64,000 bases of DNA from an uncultured Acidimicrobiaceae bacterium (GCA_963769725.1 CAVYMU010000012.1:203993-267992), one strand, 5' to 3'. Shown: positions 9,720 through 18,846, numbered from the stretch's first letter. A program made the numbers and translations. Notes: generated from the sequence alone by a model not told the origin.

Positions 9720-10994
9720 TCAGACCTCGATATCGAGGAAGCGGCCCAGGTTGCCGCGCATGATGGCCTTCTGCTGCTCCTCGTTGAAGGTCGCGATCTG
9801 GCCGAGATAGGAGCTCGGATCGGGAAGGCCTTCCCCATGCGGAAAGTCAGAGCCGAACACGATGGGCTCGATCCCGACGGCTTCCACCACCCGGGGGACG
9901 TTCTCCTCGGGGAAAGGCGCCACGAAGCAGTGCTGGCGGAAATATTCGCTCGGGCGCATCTCCAGTTTGCCCCAGGTGGCCCGCCGGCCCATAAGGAAGG
10001 CATGGTCCATCTTCCGGATGGCGTAGGGCAGCCACACCGTGCCTTGCTCCGACAGGAGCAGCTTCATGGCGGGAAAGCGCTGGAACCAACCCTGCATGAT
10101 GGCGGCGCCGACCGTCTCCATGGCCGGGCGGTCCCCGTAGTAGAACACCCACTGGAAGGCATCCATGTCGCCGAGCATGACCTCTTCCTCGCTCCACTCG
10201 AGGCCCTGGGCCGCGTAGCGGGTGACCGACGCCAGGTGGGTGCAGAGGCGAATACCGGCTTCGCTGCAAATGGACCAGAAGCGGTCGTTCTCGGGGCGGA
10301 ACGGGGAGGTGTGCATCGACGGCCCGGTGGACGTCTGAATTACCCTCGGCACCTCGATCTTCATGATCTCTTCGAGCAGCTTGACGGCGGCCTCGGGGTC
10401 GGCGAAGGAGACGAACGGGGGGGTGAACAGCCGGTTCTCGTAGTTGTAGCCCCACTCGTCGCCCAGATACCGGTCCAGAGCCGTCAGGTTGGCGTAGAGG
10501 CCGTCGTAGTCGTCCTCGAACTCGACCTCGATTCCGGGCAGGGCGGCAAAGTTGACGGCGCACTGGATCCCCTGAGAATCCATCACTACCAGCCGGTCCG
10601 ACGGGTTGTCCAGGTGCTCCTGCAACTCGCGGTAGCGTCGGGCGAAGTCCTTCCGGCCCTCTTCGTCGAGACCCTTGAGCGGGTTGAGTTTGGTGAGCAG
10701 CGAACCGGGGATCACCTGGCCCCCTGCCTCGTCGGATGCGCCCGCGTCCTTGATGCCGAGGTCGGCGAGGATGTCGTTGGAGCCCACGACCTGGAAGTTC
10801 TTGTACGTGAACCGGCGCGGCCGGCCGTTGAAGGTCTGGTCCCGGCGGCCGTCCGGCAAGGTAACGGTCCGGATCGCCATGTCCTTCTTGTCCGGATCGA
10901 TGTAGTCCTCGTATGCGGTGGGCCGAGGCGTCGAGTGCTCGTCCGCGTCGTTGATCAGGTACGAGAGCGCGGTCTCAGCAGTGATGAGGGCCAT
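9720..10994 (-). CDS. amidohydrolase_2 family protein
   Basis: 424 aa. INDADEHSTP near the N-terminus, VFGSDFPHGEG near the C-terminus. GAGGAGG RBS. Confidence 0.8.
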   Translation of the reverse strand: MALITAETALSYLINDADEHSTPRPTAYEDYIDPDKKDMAIRTVTLPDGRRDQTFNGRPRRFTYKNFQVVGSNDILADLGIKDAGASDEAGGQVIPGSLLTKLNPLKGLDEEGRKDFARRYRELQEHLDNPSDRLVVMDSQGIQCAVNFAALPGIEVEFEDDYDGLYANLTALDRYLGDEWGYNYENRLFTPPFVSFADPEAAVKLLEEIMKIEVPRVIQTSTGPSMHTSPFRPENDRFWSICSEAGIRLCTHLASVTRYAAQGLEWSEEEVMLGDMDAFQWVFYYGDRPAMETVGAAIMQGWFQRFPAMKLLLSEQGTVWLPYAIRKMDHAFLMGRRATWGKLEMRPSEYFRQHCFVAPFPEENVPRVVEAVGIEPIVFGSDFPHGEGLPDPSSYLGQIATFNEEQQKAIMRGNLGRFLDIEV

Positions 10995-11011
10995 GGCGAT
11001 GCCTCCTCGAC

Positions 11012-11039
11012 GATCGCGGCTCCAGTGGAGGCCGCGATC
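11012..11039 (-). promoter_or_regulatory. inverted repeat GATCGCGGC-N10-GCCGCGATC just 5' of the RBS of the 9720..10994 gene
   Basis: 9-bp arms read directly from the sequence. The TCC/GGA inside can extend the stem. GAGGAGG and the ATG follow on the minus strand. Confidence 0.35.
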
Positions 11040-11147
11040 TGATTATCGGACTGAGTGCAACTCTACCCCATCTGCTCGGGAGGCAAAAGGCTCGGTCTCC
11101 TCGAGTGGAAAAGGAGCGGGCCGATCACGAAAAGGCGCAGCCTGGCG

Positions 11148-11612
11148 TTAGCCCTGTCGTTCGGCAATCGGGATGCTGCGCCCCTCAATTTGTTCGACGG
11201 CGGCCCAGAAGTCGTCAGGGACGGGGACGGCACCTGTTTCGGGGTCGACGAACACGGTGACCATCTCCGCCTGGTGAATCATGCGCCCGTCGTCGGTGTG
11301 CCAGAGCCCGGCGGCAAAGGTGCAGGCCCGCCGGCTGCGGCCGGCTGCCTTGATACCGCGCTGAAGCTGCTGGCCCGCGAAAGCCTCGTTGTCGAGGGAA
11401 TAACTGACCCGGCGCATCGCCGGTGTGACGGGTGACGCGGCCAGCCCGTCTCTCGCTCGAGCCAGGTACTTCGACCACAATTTCGACACCAGTTCCTGCG
11501 TCTCGTAGTCGACCAGGTGGTGAGCGTCACCGGCTGTCCCCGGTGCCGTGACGTCCTCCACGATCGTGTATTCGTCTTCGTGCACCGCGGTTCCTCCCTG
11601 GCCTGTGACCAT
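11148..11612 (-). CDS. hotdog-fold acyl-CoA thioesterase
   Basis: Start taken at MVTGQGG (ATG 11612). About 154 aa, 4HBT-like sequence (HLVDYETQE...RVSYSLDNEAFAGQQL...MVTVFVD). Confidence 0.6.
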   Translation of the reverse strand: MVTGQGGTAVHEDEYTIVEDVTAPGTAGDAHHLVDYETQELVSKLWSKYLARARDGLAASPVTPAMRRVSYSLDNEAFAGQQLQRGIKAAGRSRRACTFAAGLWHTDDGRMIHQAEMVTVFVDPETGAVPVPDDFWAAVEQIEGRSIPIAERQG

Positions 11613-11677
11613 GCTTAACTTACCTCGATGCGATGCCGCGGGGGGTGGGTGCACCTCGTGCGGGTGAGTGGAGGCGA

Positions 11678-12556
11678 ATGAAGCCGGCCCCGTTTGAGTG
11701 GCACGGGCCGGAACGTGTGGATGAGGCGCTCGGTCTGTTGAGTTCCTACGGGGATGAGGCCAAGGCCCTGGCCGGAGGCCAGAGCCTGGTGCCCATGCTG
11801 GCGTTACGACTGGCGCGCTTCGACCACCTGGTGGATCTCAATCGCATCCCGGAGTTGTCAGGGGTGTCCCGCTCGAACGGATCACTGCGAGTGGGGGCCA
11901 TGACCCGCCACCGAACCGTCGAATACTCCGACGACGTCGCGAGGGCCGTTCCGCTGCTGGCTCGGGCGACCAGCCAGGTCGGTCATTTTCAAATCCGCAA
12001 CCGCGGCACGGTGGGTGGGGCCGTGGCCCACGCCGACCCGGCCGCCGAACAGCCGGCCGTATGTGTGGCCCTGGACGCAGTGATGGAAGTGGCCTCCTTG
12101 TCAGGGCGTCGGGACGTGGATGCGGCCTCGTTTTTTGAGGGAACCTGGGCGACCGCCGTCCGTCCCGACGAACTGCTGGTGGCGCTGCGATTTCCGATTT
12201 GGACGGGACGCTGCGGCTTCGCCGTAGAGGAAGTGGCCCGCCGGCACGGCGATTTCGCCCTGGCGGGAGTGGTGTGCGGCCTGGCCGTCGACGCCAGCGG
12301 CGTGGTTGAGCGGGCCGCGGTGGCGCTGTTCGGGGTGGCAGGGACGCCGGTGCGGGCCTCGGGCGCGGAGGCGGCCCTGCTGGCGGGGTCTCCCCCGGAC
12401 GAGGTGGCGCAGGCGGCCCGGGAAGGCCTCGACCCTCCGGAGGACCTGCACGCCACCAGCAGCTACCGGAGCCGGGTCGCCGGGGTCCTCGTGGGGCGAG
12501 CCGTGGCCAAGGCCCGGGAGGAAGCCCTGGCCATCGCGGAGGACCACGGTGGCTGA
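11678..12556 (+). CDS. molybdenum hydroxylase FAD-binding subunit (CoxM/CutM-like)
   Basis: MKPAPFEWHGPERVDEALGLL...AKALAGGQSLVPML. ATG at 11678 inside the longer track ORF. Confidence 0.85.
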   Translation: MKPAPFEWHGPERVDEALGLLSSYGDEAKALAGGQSLVPMLALRLARFDHLVDLNRIPELSGVSRSNGSLRVGAMTRHRTVEYSDDVARAVPLLARATSQVGHFQIRNRGTVGGAVAHADPAAEQPAVCVALDAVMEVASLSGRRDVDAASFFEGTWATAVRPDELLVALRFPIWTGRCGFAVEEVARRHGDFALAGVVCGLAVDASGVVERAAVALFGVAGTPVRASGAEAALLAGSPPDEVAQAAREGLDPPEDLHATSSYRSRVAGVLVGRAVAKAREEALAIAEDHGG

Positions 12557-13160
12557 GCGATCGATCGTCCTGCGGGTGAACGGTGAAGCCCGCACCGTGT
12601 TGGTCGAAGACCGCACCACATTGGGTGACGCCCTGCGGGAGGGCTGCCAGCTGACGGGGACGCATCTGGCGTGCGAGCACGGGGTCTGCGGGGCGTGCAC
12701 CGTCATGCTCGACGGCGACGCGGTGCGGTCTTGCCTGCTGTTCGCGGTCCAGGCGGTGGGCGCAGAGGTGACCACCATCGAGGGGGTCACGCCCGCTGAC
12801 GGGAGCCTGAGCGTGGTGCAGGAGGCGTTCCGAGAGTCGCACGGTTTGCAGTGCGGATTCTGCACGCCGGGATTCGTGGTGTCCTTGACGGCGTTTCTCG
12901 CTGCCCATCCCGACCCCAGCGAGGAGGAGCTGATGGCGGCCCTGACCGGAAATCTCTGCCGGTGCACCGGCTATCAGGGGATCGTGCGGGCGGCCCGGAT
13001 GGCGGCGGAGAGCACCCGGGCCGGGATGGGCGCCGCCGCCGGAGCGGTCGTTGCCACCGAGGTGGGAGCGGGGGGTGCCGCCGAGGTGGGAGCGGGGGGT
13101 GCCGCCGAGGTGGGAGCGGGGCGTGCCGCCGAGGCGGGAGCGGGGGGTGACCGGGGGTGA
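12549..13160 (+). CDS. molybdenum hydroxylase (2Fe-2S) small subunit (CoxS/CutS-like) with a repeat-encoded C-terminal tail
   Basis: GTG at 12549 overlaps the coxM-like stop. CEHGVCGACTV, QCGFCTPG and CRCTGY cluster motifs. Tail is EVGAGGAA x3. Confidence 0.85.
   Translation: MAERSIVLRVNGEARTVLVEDRTTLGDALREGCQLTGTHLACEHGVCGACTVMLDGDAVRSCLLFAVQAVGAEVTTIEGVTPADGSLSVVQEAFRESHGLQCGFCTPGFVVSLTAFLAAHPDPSEEELMAALTGNLCRCTGYQGIVRAARMAAESTRAGMGAAAGAVVATEVGAGGAAEVGAGGAAEVGAGRAAEAGAGGDRG
13059..13151 (+). repeat. 24-nt tandem repeat, about 3.9 copies (GAGGTGGGAGCGGGGGGTGCCGCC), in frame at the 3' end of the CoxS-like gene
   Basis: Two identical units, a third with 1 mismatch, and a fourth partial unit. 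Encodes (EVGAGGAA)n. Confidence 0.9.
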
Positions 13161-15606
13161 CTGCGGCGCCCGGACTCGGTGCGGCTCGGTTCGTGGGCCA
13201 GTCCGTCCGCCGGCGGGAAGATCCCCGTTTGCTGGCCGGGCGGGGCCGCTACGCCGATGACGTGACATTGCCGGGCCAGCTGCACATCGCCTTCTTGCGT
13301 AGCGACGTGGCCGCCGGGCGGATCGTGGGGATCGATACCAGCGCGGCCCGGGCTCTGCCGGGCGTCCAGGCGGTATTGACCGGGGCCGACCTCAACCCGA
13401 TTTCGGGACCCTTGTGGACGACCACCAATGGCCCGCCGGCCTACGGACCGAATCTCACTCCCCTGGCGGGTGACGACGTTCGCTTCGTGGGCGATCCGAT
13501 CGCCGTGGTCGTGGCCAGCAGCCGCTACCTGGCCGAGGACGCCTGCGAGCTGATCGAGGTGGACATCGAAGCGACCGCGGCCGTGGCCAGCCTGGAGGCG
13601 GCCCTGGCCGAGAACGCACACGTAGTGCACCCCGAACTGGGCACCAACGTGGTCGACGCTCCCCGCGCCCCTGACCCCGAACTCGACGAGATCCTGGCCG
13701 GAGCGACCCACGTGATCACCCGGACCTTCGCCATGGCTCGCACCACCAACGTGCCCATGGAGGGGCGGGCCTTGGTGGCCAGCTGGGACACCTACGCCGG
13801 CGAGTTACGAGTGTGGCCGTCCACGCAGAGCCCGCATGAGATCAAGGCCTTTTCCGCACGTGTCCTCGGTATCCCCCAGAACCGGGTGCGGGTTGAGTTC
13901 GGCGACGTCGGCGGGGCGTTCGGTCAGAAGATGTACCCGAACCGCGAGGACGCGGCGGTGCTGCTGGCCGCCAAGGTGGTGGGCCGGCCGGTCAAATGGA
14001 TAGAGGACCGTCGCGAGAACCTGATCTCCGCCAATCAGGCCCGCCACGACATCGCCACCGTGACCATGGCCCTTGACGACGAACGGCCGCTTCCTCGCCG
14101 CAATCGTCGACCTGTTGGAGGGGGTGGGCACCTATCCCCACGGGGGCGGGACGACGGGCTGGCGGCATGCTCGTGGCCCTCATGTTCACCGGCCCCTACC
14201 GCATCCCCAAGCTGGGCTTCTCCTGCCGGACCGTGTTCACCAACACGTGCGGCAAGGCCCCCTTCCGGGGGCCGTGGGCGATCGAGACCATCGCCCGGGA
14301 GCAGATGGTCGACGCGGTAGCGGCCGAGATCGGCATGGACCCGCTCGAACTGCGCCGGCGCAACGTCATCCATCAATCGGATCTGCCCTACACCATGTGG
14401 AACGGGATGGTCTATGACATCGTGACTCCCGAGGAAACCCTCGAGCAGGCCGTGACCATGATCGGCTGGGAGGATTTCCGGGCCGAGCAGGGCGCCGCCC
14501 GACGGGAAGGCCGCTGGCTCGGGCGCCGGTCTCAGCCTGTTCGTGGAGCCCTCGGCGGTCGGTATGGGCGCGTGGGCCAGCGAGGCGGCCATCGTTCGCA
14601 TCGACGTGTCGGGGCAGGTCGAGGTGCTCATGGGCAGCGGCAGCCACGGCCACAGCCTCGAGACCACCATCGCCCAGGTGGTCGCCGACCATCTGGGTTG
14701 CGACTTCGACGACGTCGTGCTGCGCCAGGGGGGCGACACCCCCTACGGGCCGGGCACCGGAGGCAGCCGCAGCGCCGTCATTCTCGGCGGAGCGGCCCAG
14801 ACTGCGGCCGCCAGCCTGAAGCGAGAAGGTGGTGGCGATCGCGGCCCACCTGCTCGAGGCCGCGCCCGAGGACCTCGAGGTGGTCGGCTCCGCCGTGTCG
14901 GTGCGGGGGACCCCCGCCAAGGCGGTTTCGTTCGCCGAGATTGCCGGAGTGGCCTATCTCAACCCGGCTGCCCTACCGCCCGGCACCGAGGCCGGATTGG
15001 AGTCCTCCAAGCGGTTCCAGCCGCCATCCCCGTTCACCTGGTCCAACGCCTGCCACGTGTGCACCTGTGAGATCGACCGGGAGACCGGCAGCCGTCACGC
15101 TCCTCAACTACCTGGTCAGTGAGGACTGCGGGGTGATGATCAACCCCATGGTCGTCGAAGGCCAGATCGCCGGCGGGGTGGCCCAGGGGATCGGCGGGGC
15201 CCTCTACGAGGAAATGGCCTACGACGCCGATGGCAATCCACTGGCCACCACGTTCCTCGACTATCTCATCCCCACCGCCGCCGAGATCCCAGAGATGTCC
15301 TACGGGCATGTGCAGACCCCTTCGGCCAGCCTGGGCGGCTACAAGGGTCTGGGTGAGGGCGGGGCCATCGCCTCGCCCGCGGCCGTGGCCAACGCCATCA
15401 ACGATGCCCTCGCTCCCCTCGGCGTCACCCTCACCCAGTTTCCGATCACCCCCTGGCGGATCCTGCAGGCCATCGAAGAGGCCACCCAGGCGGCTGCTCC
15501 GGCCGGAACGACCCCAGTCGCCCGGACCAACGGCGCCTCTCCCCCGGCCCGCCCGGGCCGGGCACCTGAGACATTGGGCCCGGCTCCCCTGAGGCCGGGC
15601 GATTGA
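13157..15606 (+). pseudogene. molybdenum hydroxylase large molybdopterin subunit (CoxL/CutL-like) broken by five +1 frameshifts
   Basis: Homologous sequence runs through track ORFs 13157 (mod 2), 14073 (mod 0), 14167 (mod 1), 14543 (mod 2), 14829 (mod 0) and back to the 14167 frame (mod 1) to the stop at 15606. Switches fall near 14084, 14157, 14524, 14822 and 15090. Confidence 0.85.
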
Positions 15607-15623
15607 AGGCGCGCCGGCGCAGG

Positions 15624-15724
15624 CTGGCGGGGGGCCGGATTGGCGGGGGTTCGGATTGGCGGGGGTTCGGATTGGCGGGGGGCCGGATTGGCTGGGGGCC
15701 GGATTGGCGGGGGGCCGGATTCGC
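15624..15724. repeat. 16-nt tandem repeat, about 6 copies (GGATTGGCGGGGGYYC), intergenic
   Basis: Units at 15637, 15653, 15669, 15685 and 15701, with partial units at both ends. Confidence 0.9.
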
Positions 15725-15766
15725 TTTGTGTCTGGTGGCGCCCTATAAGTGGGCCGAGTTTCGGCC
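15724..15766 (+). repeat. copy 1 of a conserved 31-nt motif (CTTTGTGTCTGGTGGCGCCCTATAAGTGGGC) plus a 6-bp hairpin
   Basis: 28/31 identical to the minus-strand sequence at 20081..20111. Stem GGCCGA/TCGGCC with a 3-nt loop. Confidence 0.8.
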
Positions 15767-15767
15767 A

Positions 15768-15805
15768 GAGAGTGTGGCGGTCGGCCTCTCGACCGCCACA
15801 CTCTC
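15768..15805 (+). terminator. 16-bp perfect-stem hairpin downstream of the CoxL-like gene
   Basis: GAGAGTGTGGCGGTCG-gcctct-CGACCGCCACACTCTC. No U-tract. Confidence 0.5.
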
Positions 15806-15907
15806 CCGCTAACAGCTAGCCGGGGCGCGCCACTGGGCTGGACGGAACAAGAAAACTGCCTTTTCGATCGCGCTACGGTGGGCGCGCCGCGATGAGGGAG
15901 GGCACCG

Positions 15908-17122
15908 ATGACGATGCGGGACCAAACAGCAGTGGTCGGTGTGGGAGCTACGCCCTATTACAAACGCGGGCAGTCGGTGCCCGAGACCCAGCTGTCGATG
16001 GCCTGCACTGCGATCCTGGGGGCGCTCGACGACGCGGGCCTCACGATCAACGACCTTGATGGTTTCACCATCTACTCGAACTCCATCGATCCGGCCCAGG
16101 TGGCCGCGGTCCTCGGGGTACCGGAAGTCCGCTTTGCCGCCACCCTGACCTCGGGCGGTGGCGGGTCAGCCGGGTCGCTCGGCCTGGCGGCGGCCGCCAT
16201 CCACGCCGGGATGGCCGACGTGTGCGTCACCGTCATGACCCTCCAGCAAACCACCCGTCGGCTGGGGGGTACGGCCGTCGCCGGCACCAGCATCTATGGG
16301 GGCGGCGGCGGAGGCGGCAGTCCCTACGGCGGCGGCGGCATCCCCCCGAGCATGGCGTTCACCGCCGGCAGCGGGCTCATTTCACCAGGCCACAGCTTCT
16401 CGATCCTGACCCGCCGGCACATGCACCTGTACGGAACCACCCGGGATCATCTCGCCGACGTCGCCATCACCCAGCGCGACTACGCCATCACCAGGCCCAC
16501 CTCGATCCAACGGCAGCCGCTCACCCGCGAGGACTATTTCAACGCCCGGATGATCAGCGAGCCGCTCTGCCTGTTTGACTACACCATGGAGACCGACGGA
16601 GCGGTAGCCGCAGTCGTGACGTCCGCGGACCGGGCCCGGGACCTCCGCCACCCGCCCGTGTACATCATGTCGTCCGCAAACGGCGGGATGGGAAGGTGGG
16701 GGCCGGCGATTTTCAGCTTTTTCCAGCAGCCCGACGAGTACTTCGCCTCTTCGGGTCATCGCCCGGTCGCCCGCCGCATGTACGAGATGGCCGGCGTCAC
16801 CCCCGACGACGTCGACGTGGCCCTGCTCTACGACCACTTCTCGCCGATGGTGCTGATGCAGCTCGAGGACTACGGGTTCTGCGGGATCGGCGAAAGCGGC
16901 CCCTTCGTCGCCGAGGGCAATACCCGCATCGGCGGGAGCATCCCCACCAACACTCACGGCGGCCATCTTTCAGAGGCGTACATCATCGGCATGACGCACG
17001 TCCGGGAAGCGGTCGAGCAATTGCGTGGCGTCGCCATCAATCAGGTACCGGACGCCGAAATCGCCCTCGTGACCGGCGGCCCCGCATCCCTGCCCGTGAG
17101 CGGCACCCTACTCAGGAGATAG
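15908..17122 (+). CDS. thiolase-like / SCP-x-type lipid-transfer protein
   Basis: 404 aa. AVVGVGATPYYKRG, and C-terminal NTHGGHLSEAYIIGMTHV..QLRG. Internal poly-Gly insertion. Confidence 0.8.
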   Translation: MTMRDQTAVVGVGATPYYKRGQSVPETQLSMACTAILGALDDAGLTINDLDGFTIYSNSIDPAQVAAVLGVPEVRFAATLTSGGGGSAGSLGLAAAAIHAGMADVCVTVMTLQQTTRRLGGTAVAGTSIYGGGGGGGSPYGGGGIPPSMAFTAGSGLISPGHSFSILTRRHMHLYGTTRDHLADVAITQRDYAITRPTSIQRQPLTREDYFNARMISEPLCLFDYTMETDGAVAAVVTSADRARDLRHPPVYIMSSANGGMGRWGPAIFSFFQQPDEYFASSGHRPVARRMYEMAGVTPDDVDVALLYDHFSPMVLMQLEDYGFCGIGESGPFVAEGNTRIGGSIPTNTHGGHLSEAYIIGMTHVREAVEQLRGVAINQVPDAEIALVTGGPASLPVSGTLLRR

Positions 17123-17126
17123 ACCC

Positions 17127-17579
17127 ATGACCGACAGCACCAAGATCACGCCAGGCGTCTATCCGGTTGGGATCCGCGACCCCTACGCCGATGAATCAAC
17201 CCAGCCATTCTGGACCGCGGCCCTCGAGGATCGTCTGCTCGCCAGTAAATGCACCACGTGCGGCACCTTCCATCTTCCGCCCCCGCCGCGCTGCTTCGTC
17301 TGCCAGCACGACATCTTCGAGTGGGTAGAGCTGCCGGGCACGGGAACCATCTACAGCTACACGGTGGTACGCCATCCGCTGTCACCCTCCTTGGCCGAGG
17401 CGGTTCCGTATGTGTCGGCGGTGATCGACCTCGACGGCACCCAAGGCGCCGGGGCCCGGATGATCGCCAATGTCGTCAACTGCGACCCGGAGGCCGTGGC
17501 GGTAGGCGACCAGGTGCGGGTCGCGTTCGACAAGCTGAGCGACACTCTGGCTCTACCTCGCTTCGAGCCGGTGTCGTGA
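17127..17579 (+). CDS. DUF35 OB-fold/zinc-ribbon protein (thiolase partner)
   Basis: 150 aa. CTTCGTFHLPPPPRCFVCQH zinc ribbon followed by an OB-fold-like region. Lies 4 nt after the thiolase stop. Confidence 0.8.
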   Translation: MTDSTKITPGVYPVGIRDPYADESTQPFWTAALEDRLLASKCTTCGTFHLPPPPRCFVCQHDIFEWVELPGTGTIYSYTVVRHPLSPSLAEAVPYVSAVIDLDGTQGAGARMIANVVNCDPEAVAVGDQVRVAFDKLSDTLALPRFEPVS

Positions 17580-17668
17580 CTGCGGAGTACCATCAGGTCC
17601 AACGGGTCGAGCCCTGAGGCGGTCACGACCGAGCCCGGCTCTGGCGCCGGCGGCCGGTACGGCTCTGT

Positions 17669-18106
17669 TCACCCCCCGGCGGGTGGAACCGCCTGGTCGC
17701 GGGTCCACGCCTGGCCCGCCTCGATCGCCTCCTGGTGGGACGAGGCCTGCAACCCGCGGCGACGCACGTCGAGCTGGCGGACGATTTCGTCTTCGCTGCT
17801 GCCGCGCTGGCGCAACCATTGCCCGAACCCGTCGAGATCACGGGCCAGGCAGGCCGCCAGACCGGGGGTCGAGTCGGTGACCGTCTCGGCGGTGATCTCC
17901 CCGAAGGACCCAAAACAGCGCTCGACCCACTGTCGAGCCGGCTCGCCGCCTTCCCAGATCAGGACCATCTGGCGGGGGTCGCCATCCACGTACAACCACT
18001 GGTGCAGTTGAAGATCGTCGGGAACCGGGCCCTGCCAGAGACTGGCGAGGAACTCGGCGGTGCGGCTGGTGTCGGGCCGGAACCGGTAGTGGTAGAGCAC
18101 GGTCAT
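17669..18106 (-). CDS. hypothetical protein
   Basis: Start taken at MTVLYHYRF (ATG 18106), 145 aa. No motif recognised. Confidence 0.45.
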   Translation of the reverse strand: MTVLYHYRFRPDTSRTAEFLASLWQGPVPDDLQLHQWLYVDGDPRQMVLIWEGGEPARQWVERCFGSFGEITAETVTDSTPGLAACLARDLDGFGQWLRQRGSSEDEIVRQLDVRRRGLQASSHQEAIEAGQAWTRDQAVPPAGG

Positions 18107-18255
18107 GAACTCCTGGCGCCAAAGGGGTCTCAACGATACCGCGAGCGCACGGCGCCGGGACGAAAGATCGGCGTCGAGCGGCGAGGTTCCTGCCCCGCCC
18201 CGCCCCACCCTGGGCCGCGCCCACCCCCGGCCCCGCGGGCCGTGGCCCCGAGCGC

Positions 18256-18846
18256 TCAGCCGAGCAGCGGGTTGGCGAAGCGGTGAATAGTGACCTCTTC
18301 GCTATCGGTGTCGAGGGTCGCATACGTCACCATCCCCGGGTGGTCCGGATCGCCTCCTTGCCCGAGTGAACCCGGGTTGACGACCAGCGTCGTTCCTACC
18401 CTTTGGGCCATGGGGACGTGGGTGTGCCCGAGCACGAGAATGTCGGCGTCGATGTCCGCACACCGGGCCAGCTGAGGGCTACCCGGATAGAGATACTCGC
18501 TGTAGGGAGCGAACGGACTGGCGTGCACCATCAGGAGCCGCTTCCCTGAGACGCGCCGCGCATGCTGGTTCGGCGCACCGGCCATGAAATCGACGTTGTG
18601 CGGGCGGACCTGGGGCCCGGACCGGGCCCGCTCCCCGTGCTCGCTCAGGAGGGTCATCTCGTGGTTGCCGGCGATGTAGGTGATGCCGTGGTCGCGAATG
18701 CTCTCGATGACCTCGTTGGAGAAGCGGTACTGGAGCACGGCGTCGCCGGCCAGCCACACCTCGTCGACCGTCGAACTGAGCGCTTCCAGGGCGAGCCCCA
18801 TCGCTTCCGCGTTGCAATGCACGTCGGACATGATCCCTAGCAGCAT
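18256..18846 (-). CDS. metallophosphoesterase (YfcE/MJ0936-like phosphodiesterase)
   Basis: C-terminal 196 aa of the 617-aa track ORF. SDVHCN, GDAV, GNHE and GHTH motifs in the canonical order. Confidence 0.8.
   Translation of the reverse strand: MLLGIMSDVHCNAEAMGLALEALSSTVDEVWLAGDAVLQYRFSNEVIESIRDHGITYIAGNHEMTLLSEHGERARSGPQVRPHNVDFMAGAPNQHARRVSGKRLLMVHASPFAPYSEYLYPGSPQLARCADIDADILVLGHTHVPMAQRVGTTLVVNPGSLGQGGDPDHPGMVTYATLDTDSEEVTIHRFANPLLG

Noticed and set aside
9444-11042. 532-aa plus-strand ORF
   Set aside because: Antisense to the SDR and amidohydrolase genes. The composition is not protein-like.
11838-13268. 476-aa minus-strand ORF with PRSHLGGT repeats
   Set aside because: Antisense to the CoxM and CoxS genes. 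The apparent peptide repeat is just the reverse reading of the 24-nt CoxS VNTR.
11678-15606. Calling the CoxMSL genes a carbon monoxide dehydrogenase
   Set aside because: I did not see the form-I CODH active-site loop signature. Only the generic xanthine-dehydrogenase/molybdenum-hydroxylase family can be supported.
15624-15724. Possible CRISPR array (also considered for the arrays at 48461 and 62482)
   Set aside because: The units are directly adjacent with no spacers, are only 14-16 nt long, and no cas genes are present.
15603-15812. 69-aa ORF spanning the 16-nt array
   Set aside because: A 16-nt period is not a multiple of 3, so the repeat is not read consistently. There is no RBS. It is kept only as a remote small-peptide alternative for the conserved motif.
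18193-18210. C-rich run (minus strand GGGTGGGGCGGGGCGGGG) as a G-quadruplex upstream of the hypothetical gene
   Set aside because: It fits the G4 pattern, but single occurrences like this are expected by chance in DNA this GC-rich. Unlike the 43.2-kb element, it is not repeated or otherwise structured.
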